A stretch of DNA of 45,079 nucleotides, taken from an uncultured bacterium. Lineage in GTDB: Bacteria > CAYUVA01. The notes under the pieces were generated by a model, which was given only the letters and a program-made list of their open reading frames with translations, had not been told where the DNA came from and made no database searches. Below are positions 9,760 through 18,700 of this stretch, piece by piece. The translations under genes and the position numbers were made by a program. The stretch spans positions 124,001 to 169,079 of the forward strand of contig CAYUVA010000002.1 in NCBI GenBank assembly GCA_964448115.1, in the 5' to 3' direction. Numbering within the stretch: the stretch's first letter is position 1; every line of letters begins with the position of its first letter.

Positions 9760-12018
9760 GTGCGCGGGGTCGTGCAAGGTGTCGGGTTCAGACCCTTTAT
9801 CTATAGGCTTGCGAAAAGGATCGGCTTGACTGGGGCGGTGTATAACGACTCCAGCGGCGTAACCATAATCGCCCAGGGTATATCAGAGAAGATCGACCGC
9901 CTCATCGAGCTTATCCAGCATGAGCATCCCCCTCTGGCTCGCATCGATGATATCGAGATCGCCGCGGTTGAGCAGCCGATTAACTACCAGGGCTTTCATA
10001 TTCAAAAAAGCGATACAGACGGCACAATCGAAGCGGTCATAGCACCCGATATAGCTACCTGTCCGCGCTGCCTCGGGGATATATTCGATCCCGGTAATCG
10101 GCGCTATCTTTATCCGTTCACCAACTGCACCGACTGCGGTCCTCGCTACAGCATCATCCTGGACCTCCCTTATGATCGCAGCAATACGACAATGCGGGGC
10201 TTTCAGATGTGCGAACGCTGCCAGGCGGAGTATCACGATCCTATTGATCGACGCTTCCACGCCCAGCCGAACGCATGCCCTGATTGCGGACCTTATGTCA
10301 GCCTCTGGGATAGGCAAGGCAAAACGCTGGCTGTAAGGCATGATGCTATTGTCGCCGCCTGCAAGGCGATCAAGCAGGGGGCAATCGTGGCTGTCAAGGG
10401 ATTAGGCGGATTTCAACTCGTAGCCGATGCTAGCAATGACGAGGCGGTGACCAGGCTGCGTGAGCTTAAACAGCGCGAACAGAAGCCGTTTGCGGTGATG
10501 TTTCCCTCGATGAATGTTCTGCTTGATTATTGCATACTCACTCGGCTGCAAAGTGGACTGCTTCTGGGCAGGGAAAGCCCGATAGTGCTGGCGCATAAGA
10601 GGTCAGCGGGTAAAAAATTATCATCCCAGATCGCACCTGGTAACCCATATCTCGGCGTTATGCTCCCTTATACACCTTTGCACCATATATTGATGCACCT
10701 GCTCGGCATTGCGGTGGTGGCTACCAGTGGCAATATCTCCCATGAGCCGATCTGCATTGATGAGCACGAAGCGCTGAGCCGATTGGGGGGCATAGCGGAC
10801 CTGTTCCTGGCACATAATCGCCCCATTGCCCGCCATGTCGATGACTCTGTAGTGCGAGTAATCGCTGGTCAGCCGATGATCCTTCGCAGGGCGCGCGGTT
10901 ATGCTCCTTTGCCGATACAGGTGAACTTGGAGGTTAAAGCGGTAGCACTCGGTGCCCACCTGAAGAACACGGTCGCCGTTTCAATGGGTAAGGATGCCTT
11001 CATAAGCCAGCATATCGGGGATCTGGAGACCGAGCAGGCGTTCCAAGCCTTCAAGCGAACGATCGCAGACCTGATCATTCTGAACCGTTGCCAGCCAGAG
11101 GTTGTTCTCTGCGATGCGCATCCCGACTATCTTTCGACCGTACATGCGCGCTCGATGGAACTACCTGTGGTCGCCGTGCAGCACCATCACGCCCACATAC
11201 TTGCCTGCATGGCGGAGAATGGCTTGCAGCCGCCCTGCCTTGGCATTGCCTGGGATGGCACCGGCTACGGCGGTGATGGCACGATCTGGGGCGGTGAATT
11301 CCTGCGCATCAATAGCAATGGCGACTACGAGCGGGTGGCGCATTTAAGGCATTTTCCCCTACCTGGCGCAGAGCTAGCTATAAAGGAGCCGCGCAGAGCA
11401 GCCCTGGGATTGATCTACCAATTGGTAGGTTTATATCCCATCTATTATTCTCGGTTGCATCGCTTCCTGGCTTCTGCCTTCACCAACACAGAGCTTTCTA
11501 TATTGCTTACCATGCTGAAAAAACGCATAAACTCCCCGCTCACCAGCAGCATAGGCAGGCTCTTTGATGCGGTAGCTGCCCTGTGCCGGCTTCGTTATAT
11601 CAACAGCTTCGAGGGGCAGGCTGCCATGGAGCTTGAACATGCCATTGAGCAGGTGCAAACTACCGAGGCTTATAACATCAACATCGATGCTGGCAACACA
11701 GGCACGATCATCGACCATGCGCCCTTGATACAGGGCATACTTGATGATCTTGGCGATTGTGTACCGATAAGCATTATAAGTGCCCGATTTCACAATACCC
11801 TGATAGCCGCCGCGGTGCAGCTTGCCGAGAGGGTAGGCTTGCAATACGTAGCGCTGAGCGGAGGCTGCTTCCAGAACCGCTACCTTAGCCAGCGGATGAT
11901 TGCAGCGCTGCAAGGTGCCGGCTTCAAGGTCTTCACCCATCGCTTGGTACCTACCAATGACGGGGGCATTTCTTTGGGTCAGCTTGCATATCTAGCTTAT
12001 AAAGGAAAGGAAGGATAG
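9760..12018 (+). CDS. hypF: Carbamoyltransferase HypF (true start probably upstream, near 9721)
   Basis: GVVQGVGFRP, CPRC..YPFTNCTDCGPRY, RRFHAQPNACPDCGP, KGLGGF, QHHHAH, WDGTGYG, SSIGRLFDA, NDGGISLGQ. Confidence 0.95.
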   Translation: MRGVVQGVGFRPFIYRLAKRIGLTGAVYNDSSGVTIIAQGISEKIDRLIELIQHEHPPLARIDDIEIAAVEQPINYQGFHIQKSDTDGTIEAVIAPDIATCPRCLGDIFDPGNRRYLYPFTNCTDCGPRYSIILDLPYDRSNTTMRGFQMCERCQAEYHDPIDRRFHAQPNACPDCGPYVSLWDRQGKTLAVRHDAIVAACKAIKQGAIVAVKGLGGFQLVADASNDEAVTRLRELKQREQKPFAVMFPSMNVLLDYCILTRLQSGLLLGRESPIVLAHKRSAGKKLSSQIAPGNPYLGVMLPYTPLHHILMHLLGIAVVATSGNISHEPICIDEHEALSRLGGIADLFLAHNRPIARHVDDSVVRVIAGQPMILRRARGYAPLPIQVNLEVKAVALGAHLKNTVAVSMGKDAFISQHIGDLETEQAFQAFKRTIADLIILNRCQPEVVLCDAHPDYLSTVHARSMELPVVAVQHHHAHILACMAENGLQPPCLGIAWDGTGYGGDGTIWGGEFLRINSNGDYERVAHLRHFPLPGAELAIKEPRRAALGLIYQLVGLYPIYYSRLHRFLASAFTNTELSILLTMLKKRINSPLTSSIGRLFDAVAALCRLRYINSFEGQAAMELEHAIEQVQTTEAYNINIDAGNTGTIIDHAPLIQGILDDLGDCVPISIISARFHNTLIAAAVQLAERVGLQYVALSGGCFQNRYLSQRMIAALQGAGFKVFTHRLVPTNDGGISLGQLAYLAYKGKEG

Positions 12019-12019
12019 C

Positions 12020-12262
12020 ATGTGCCTCGCAATACCGGGCAGGATAATCGAGATCGCTGATCTTGAGCCACTTACTCGCAGCGGCAAGGTCAGCTTCGAG
12101 GGGATGATCAAAACGGTAAATCTCTCCTTTGTCCCTGATGCGAAAGTTGGGGATTATGTCATCGTGCATGCTGGTTTTGCCATAAGCATCCTCGATGAGG
12201 TGGCTGCTATGCAGACCCTGCAACTGCTGGGGGATATGCCCCTGGATGAGACGGAGCCTTGA
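12020..12262 (+). CDS. hypC: Hydrogenase assembly chaperone HypC
   Basis: MCLAIPG N-terminus and GDYVIVHAGFAI. Confidence 0.96.
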   Translation: MCLAIPGRIIEIADLEPLTRSGKVSFEGMIKTVNLSFVPDAKVGDYVIVHAGFAISILDEVAAMQTLQLLGDMPLDETEP

Positions 12263-12263
12263 T

Positions 12264-13349
12264 ATGCGATTTGTGTCCGAGTTCAGGGATGGCGAGAAGG
12301 CAAAGCGCCTGGTCCAATCCATAAATGCCCTCGCCACTTTTGATTGCACTATAATGGAGATCTGCGGCGGACAAACCCACACCATACTCCGCTATGGGAT
12401 AGATACCCTATTGCAGCGCAATATAACCCTGGTGCACGGACCCGGCTGTCCGGTCTGCGTAACCTCGCCGCAGCTTATCGACCAAGCTCAGCAGGTCGCA
12501 CGCCAACCCGGGGTCATCTTCTGCTCTTATGGCGATATGCTGCGTGTCCCAGGCTCAGATGGCGACCTTCTAGCAGCCAGGGCAGATGGCGCCGATATCC
12601 GGGTGGTGTACTCGCCCTTGGATGCACTCGAGGTAGCCATAAGGAATCCTGGAGCGCAGGTGGTCTTTTTTTCCATCGGCTTCGAGACCACCGCGCCGAT
12701 GAGCGCAATGACCCTGCTCAAGGCACGGCGGCTTGGAGTATCGAATTTCTCGATAATATGTGCTCACTACCTGGTCATGCCGGCAATGGAGGCGATCCTC
12801 GATTCGGATCGATCGGTGATCGATGGTTTCCTCGCTGCAGGTCATGTCTGTACAATTACCGGTTATCACGGTTATCAACGGCTGAGCGAGCGTTATGGAG
12901 TGCCAATCGTGGTTACCGGCTTCGAGCCGGTCGATATTTTGCTCGGCATAGAGGCTTGCCTGCGTTGTCTAGCCGAGGATAAGCCGCTGGTGGTAAATAG
13001 ATATGCTCGATCAGTCAAGGCGGATGGCAACCGCCAGGCACTCAATGCAATAAACAGGGTATTCTCAGTTACAGACCGCAGTTGGCGCGGCATCGGGCTC
13101 ATACCCGATAGCGGGCTGCAACTGCGCGAGGAATTCGCCAGATTCGATGCTTTAGACAGGTTTGACTTGGATAAAAAGACCAATGAGATAAAAAGCGGAT
13201 GTATTGCTGGCGAGGTGCTAATGGGGATAAAGAAGCCTGTTGAATGCTCTCTCTTTGGCGTAAAGTGCGATCCTCGCAACCCATTGGGCGCGCCGATGGT
13301 CTCAGCGGAGGGCGCCTGCGCAGCCTACTTCAAATATAAAAAAAGATGA
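12264..13349 (+). CDS. hypD: Hydrogenase formation protein HypD
   Basis: MEICGGQTH, HGPGCPVC, GFETT, AGHV, GFEP, PMVSAEGACAA. Start refined to ATG 12264. Confidence 0.96.
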   Translation: MRFVSEFRDGEKAKRLVQSINALATFDCTIMEICGGQTHTILRYGIDTLLQRNITLVHGPGCPVCVTSPQLIDQAQQVARQPGVIFCSYGDMLRVPGSDGDLLAARADGADIRVVYSPLDALEVAIRNPGAQVVFFSIGFETTAPMSAMTLLKARRLGVSNFSIICAHYLVMPAMEAILDSDRSVIDGFLAAGHVCTITGYHGYQRLSERYGVPIVVTGFEPVDILLGIEACLRCLAEDKPLVVNRYARSVKADGNRQALNAINRVFSVTDRSWRGIGLIPDSGLQLREEFARFDALDRFDLDKKTNEIKSGCIAGEVLMGIKKPVECSLFGVKCDPRNPLGAPMVSAEGACAAYFKYKKR

Positions 13350-13502
13350 TTGAGCTGGCGGTTGATGGCTATGGTTTAGGTTGATTGCATTATAACAACC
13401 AAGGCGAAAAGTAAACAGGAGTCAAATCGTGGTACCATGAATTAGTGATACAGTAAAGAGTTGATGACTGAGGGAGTTACAATGGAATTAGGATAGGAGA
13501 AA

Positions 13503-14558
13503 ATGAGTAAAGAAAAGAAATTAGATATCTCATGCCCGATGCCAGTAGGCAGCTATACACGGATAACCCTGGCTCATGGCGGGGGCGGAAGGCTGACCCG
13601 GGACCTGATCCAAAGGCTCTTTAAACCGCTATTCAACAACCGCCACCTCAGCGAAGACCATGATGGGGCTGAGTTCAACATCGATGATGCGCGCCTTGCG
13701 TTCACCACTGATTCTTATGTCGTACAACCGCTATACTTCCCTGGCGGAGACATCGGCAGCCTTAGCGTCCATGGCACCATAAACGATCTTGCGATGTGTG
13801 GAGCCAAGCCGCTCTATATCTCAGCCGGCTTAATCATAGAGGAGGGCTTGGAACTGGAAATCCTGCAAGATATCACTCAAAGCATGGCGGCAGCAGCAGC
13901 TAAAGCCAATGTCTCCGTGGTAACCGGCGATACCAAGGTAGTGCAAAAGGGAAGGGGGGACAGGCTCTATATAAACACCGCTGGCATCGGCATCATCGAT
14001 CACCAGCGAGTTATTTCTCCGTCGAACATCCAGCTTGGAGACCAAATCCTGCTCAGCGGCGATATAGGACGCCATGGTATCGCGGTGATCTCGGTACGCG
14101 AAGGTCTGGAGTTTGAGAGCACCATTAAAAGCGACTCGGCGGACCTGAGCAAAATGGCATTGGCGCTTCTTGATGCAGGCTGCGAGGTGCACTGCATGAG
14201 AGACTGCACGCGCGGGGGATTGGCTACGGCACTGGTTGAGCTTGCCGAGGCTAGCGCTCTCTCCATTCGCATCGAGGAGAAAAAGATCCCGATTAACACC
14301 CAGGTTATGGCTGCCTGCGAGATACTCGGATTCGACCCCCTCTATGTAGCCTGCGAGGGGAGATTCATTGCCTTTGTTGCTTTAAAGGATGCTGATATAG
14401 CGCTTTCGATAATGCGGCAGAACCAGCTTGGAGCCAAGGCGAGTATCATCGGCGAGGTTATCGATAAAAAGGGAGCTGAGGTCATCTTAAGAACCCAGAT
14501 CGGCACGGATAGGATAATCGATATGCAAAGCGGGGAGCAGCTACCCAGGATATGTTGA
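13503..14558 (+). CDS. hypE: Carbamoyl dehydratase HypE
   Basis: LAHGGGG, FTTDSYVV.P..FPGGDIG, TGDTKVV, MRDCTRGG, C-terminal PRIC. Confidence 0.96.
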   Translation: MSKEKKLDISCPMPVGSYTRITLAHGGGGRLTRDLIQRLFKPLFNNRHLSEDHDGAEFNIDDARLAFTTDSYVVQPLYFPGGDIGSLSVHGTINDLAMCGAKPLYISAGLIIEEGLELEILQDITQSMAAAAAKANVSVVTGDTKVVQKGRGDRLYINTAGIGIIDHQRVISPSNIQLGDQILLSGDIGRHGIAVISVREGLEFESTIKSDSADLSKMALALLDAGCEVHCMRDCTRGGLATALVELAEASALSIRIEEKKIPINTQVMAACEILGFDPLYVACEGRFIAFVALKDADIALSIMRQNQLGAKASIIGEVIDKKGAEVILRTQIGTDRIIDMQSGEQLPRIC

Positions 14559-14563
14559 TGGCA

Positions 14564-14623
14564 TAGGCATGAGGGTTTAGGCTTGAGGGTTTCTTAGCCA
14601 CCAAGGCACTAAGACACAAAGAG
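14564..14623. repeat. Intergenic repeats: tandem 14-mer plus a copy of the 9-mer-based dispersed repeat
   Basis: TAGGCATGAGGGTT / TAGGCTTGAGGGTT at 14564-14591. AGCCACCAAGGCACTAAGACACAAAGAG (14596-14623) is 23/28 identical to the reverse complement of 2801-2828. Confidence 0.7.
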
Positions 14624-14654
14624 GAGAAAGGATATAATCCAGCCACCCTATTTA

Positions 14655-15611
14655 TTATGTATCGTTGGATGGGGCGATGGATTCCAAGATCGACTGCACC
14701 ATGCCCTCAAATTCGTTTATGGAGCTGGCGGTCATGTTCGCCTGCTTGGCTTTCAAGGCAGCATACTCGTCGTTATCGATAAACTCAGAACATAGTAGGA
14801 TTGAATGGCTACGATCCTTGCAGATCAACTTGCTTATATTGCTGTACTTGGGGAGCTGATAATTGTATTCCTCGGTGGTTTTTGCCTCCACCCAAACCAG
14901 GTCATCATCGCCGACCAGCAGGCAGATATCGAGGTCGAACTGGTCATCGTTAGGCAGCCTTATCTGTGCGCGGCTGAGCAAATCCATGCTAATACGGCTC
15001 TGGTAATTGCCCATCAGCTCCTGGATTATCGAGTATGCAGCCAGTTCCAGCCACTCGCCGGTGAAAAAATTGATCCCTAAAGGAGTTGCCGGCGGGTCAC
15101 AATACAGTTTATAGTAAGGGCTTCGCTTGTAGTGATATCTGGGCAGCAAGCCTGCCTTGTGCGCCAGGTTGGCAAGCAGGGTAATATCGGATATCTCTTC
15201 CTGCGATTTGCCATTAAGATCCATGTAAACACTTACTCCCTTTCCTTGGAACCGCTTCAGCTTGTAAAGGAACTCCCTGACATTATGGTATTTCTTGAAG
15301 ACTACATCGGCGAGGGTCAGAAGAGCTTTTTCCTCCTCGCTTACCTCCAATACATTTACTACCTCGATATTCTTTTTTGCAAGGTACTCCTGGACAGAGG
15401 TTCCACATGATCCGGCTGCCTGAACCGCTTCATCGACTTGATCTTCGGATGGTTCGGTCTCTGTTGCAGGCTGCTCAAAGGGTGCCTTTTTTCCAATGCT
15501 GCTTATTTCGATGTCCATCCCGCTCTTTGATAATTCGTTAAAGATCCTAGATGCCTCGCCAAACAGGTTAGCAAGGCGCTTAAAGTATTGCTTAGTATCA
15601 TCGGTTGCCAT
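14655..15611 (-). CDS. Hypothetical protein with a C-terminal PD-(D/E)XK nuclease-like domain (Card1/DUF1887-type signature)
   Basis: FFTGEWLE...FDLDICLL....LVWVEAKT, matching the E..D..ExK restriction-endonuclease-fold pattern. Confidence 0.65.
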   Translation of the reverse strand: MATDDTKQYFKRLANLFGEASRIFNELSKSGMDIEISSIGKKAPFEQPATETEPSEDQVDEAVQAAGSCGTSVQEYLAKKNIEVVNVLEVSEEEKALLTLADVVFKKYHNVREFLYKLKRFQGKGVSVYMDLNGKSQEEISDITLLANLAHKAGLLPRYHYKRSPYYKLYCDPPATPLGINFFTGEWLELAAYSIIQELMGNYQSRISMDLLSRAQIRLPNDDQFDLDICLLVGDDDLVWVEAKTTEEYNYQLPKYSNISKLICKDRSHSILLCSEFIDNDEYAALKAKQANMTASSINEFEGMVQSILESIAPSNDT

Positions 15612-15776
15612 AGTCGTCTATCCTTTGTTTTATATTATTGTTAAGATCATCAGCATTCAATTATATGTATTTCATAAAAAATTGCAACAGTGAAATATCG
15701 ATAAATGGATAAGGCGCTGGTATAATTACTTCTCAGCTTAATACAAACTTAGACATATACTGGGAAGCGAGAATAG

Positions 15777-18700
15777 ATGCGCCTGAATGAATTGTTGCAG
15801 GGATTGGAGTCCGATGTTGGAGCTTCCTTTGAGGAAACCCAAAAGAAATGTATGGAGATCCTCGATGCGGTCGAGAGCATGGTTGATGGCAAGCAGATCG
15901 ATGCTGAGAACAAGGTTTCTTTGCACCAATTCTTGGATATCAGCAGGAAGAGTCAGTTTCTTTTAGCTCTGCCGAGTAAGCAACGAGAGCAACGCTGGGT
16001 GCAGCTCGTTCTAAAGGCGATCAAGGCTTCAGGATATACATTGCAGACCATGTTTCTTCAAAGAGTCGCTAACTATAGATCGATAACAGCTCTACGCACC
16101 CTGCGGGATGATGAGATTCGAGATTACAGTTGGTCGTGGCTGCACAGACGAGTCTGCGCCCTTGTCTCAGCTATTGATGCGATCACTAAAAAGAAGCCAA
16201 AGGTAGCCATATTATCAGCCAATTCTATCGAGTCCGCCTGTGTTGACCTTGCTTGTCTCTTTGGTGGAATTTTTGTATCCCCGCTCGATATACATTTCGA
16301 CGAGGAAGAGCTTACCAGATTATTCAAAGACTTCAGGTACAACATCGCCTTTGCGGATAACGAGGAGAGGACACTTAGGTTAATAGAGGTTCGTGAGAGG
16401 CTGAGAGCTGACCTGGAGATAATCTGCCTTGGTAGAGAGGAAGTATTTCAATTCAAAGGCATTCGTTACCTTGATCAGTTGCTATCCGATATGGGGGTTG
16501 CCCAACAACTGCCTAGGATTACAGATCCGGATAGGCTGGCAACGGTTATGTTCACCAGTGGATCGACCGGCAAGCCTAAGGGAGTGGCTTTCACTGACTT
16601 CAACATCTTATCAAAACGATTCTGTAGAGCGGCAGCGGTCCCTTTTATCGGGGATGATGATATATTTTTATGCTATCTCCCCCTTTACCATACCTTTGGC
16701 AGATTCCTGGAGCTTATGGGATGCATGTTCTGGGGAGCTATTTATACTTTTGTGGAGGATCTCTCCTCCGAAACGCTGATTACTAATATGCAACGAGTGC
16801 AGCCGACGGTACTCATCAGCATCCCGCAACGCTGGGAGTATATAAAGGAATGTGCTTATCAACAACTCAACGAGCAATATCCAACCGCTGACCAGGAGCA
16901 TGAGGCACTGCATAAGGTCGTTGGAGGGCGTTTGCGGTGGGGCTTATCCGCCGCCGGCTACCTGCCAGCGGAGACATTTCGTTTTTTTCAACGCAACGGG
17001 GTCGATCTATGCAGTGGTTTCGGCATGACCGAGGCTACCGGAGGGATTACCATGACTCCACCGGGAAGATACAAGGAGGGAACTGTAGGGATACCCCTTC
17101 CTGGCATAGAAGTTCAATTGACCGACAGCGGCGAGATGAGGATCAGGGGGGCTTATGTTGCAAAGTATATAACCAACATCGATGAAAAATTAACTTATAA
17201 GGACGGCTGGCTATATACCGGAGATATCTTCACCGTTGACCAGGATGGTTATTATACGATCGTAGATAGGGTAAAGGATATCTACAAAAATACCAAAGGA
17301 CAGACCATAGCCCCCCAGAAGGTTGAAAGCCTATTCAAGGATGTGCCTGGCTTCAAGCGTGTTTTCTTGGTCGGTGATGGTAAGCCTTACAATACATTGC
17401 TTGTGGTGCCGGATCTTGAGGATGATCAACTGGAGCTTGATAAAAGAAGCGATGAAGAGAAAAGAGCTTTCTTCAACTCGCTTATTCTCTCAGCCAACCG
17501 TTCGCTGCCACCCTACATGCGCATAGTGAATTTTGCGATCCTTAATCGAGATTTCTCCATTGAACATGACGAGCTGACTGCAAAGAAGTCCTATAAACGA
17601 AAGAACATAGTGAAAAACTTTGAGCATGTTATCGAACCGATGTATAGGTTGAACGCCCTGGAGCTTTGCAGAAAAGACCTGAAGGTTGTGATTCCGATCT
17701 GGCTCATGCGAGAGCTTGGCGTTACCGAGATGATGCTGGAGCTTGATGAGCAAGGCTTGAAGGCTGATGGATCTATGCTTCTTCAGATAAAAAGCGAGGA
17801 GAAAGCCTCACGCATCGCAATCGGAAAGCTCGCTTACCAGGTCTCAGGGAATGTTATTGATTTAGGATTATTTGTGCGCAGCCCCTATCTTTATCTTGGC
17901 AATCCACCGCTTATGAGAATGGCTAAGGGTAAGGCAGCCTGGGAGCTAGAGCTAAACGGAATCGCGCCCAGGGCTTTTTTGCCCACAGACCATGACTCAA
18001 TAGAATCACCTGATATCGATGTCGGGACTCCAGACGAGGAGAAAGCACTAGTTCCAAGCCTACAGAATGCCCACTACTTTTGTAGCCTTGCCCTGTTGGG
18101 AAATCAAGATGTAGCTATCGAAGCAATAAAGGCTTTAGGGAAAATAATGGAACAAAGCTCCCCGCGCTTGCGGGGACTGATCCGAAGCCGACTGGAGACC
18201 TTGGCTGAACATAGATCCTTCGAGGTACGAAAAAGGGCGTATATTACATTGCTTTTCAGCCAGCCTGATTATGATTACAGTAATCATTTCCCCGCCTTTA
18301 TTCGCTCAGGCAAGCAGTTTCTGGATACCGAGGGCATCGAAGAGATCTCTAAACAGAATCTGGAACAAGAAAGGCTTACGGCTCTTCGACAAAGACTGAA
18401 GCAATATCGAAAAGATATGCGTATGCCATTGGATGAGAAGACCCAGAAGCAGTTCGTTACCCTATACGAGATGTTGATTACTTTTGCACACCATCATCCG
18501 GAGTACTACGAGAACATAAGAGAGGAATTTGCTTCCTGGATCCTGGAATGCCCGGATGAATACCTATCTAACCTGGCTTATCGTTATTTCTTTGACTTAG
18601 GTCACTGGTTCGAGAGTTGGATCCGGAGACAATTACCCGGACTGGATCTGCTAGGAGGCAGTTTCTGGGAGTCCAGGATCGTCTTTGAGGCGGGGATTCC

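Noticed and set aside
12344-12982. 212-aa alternative-frame ORF within hypD, and similar overlapping ORFs across the hydrogenase operon
   Set aside because: Low-complexity Arg/Ser-rich translations typical of off-frame reading in GC-rich genes.
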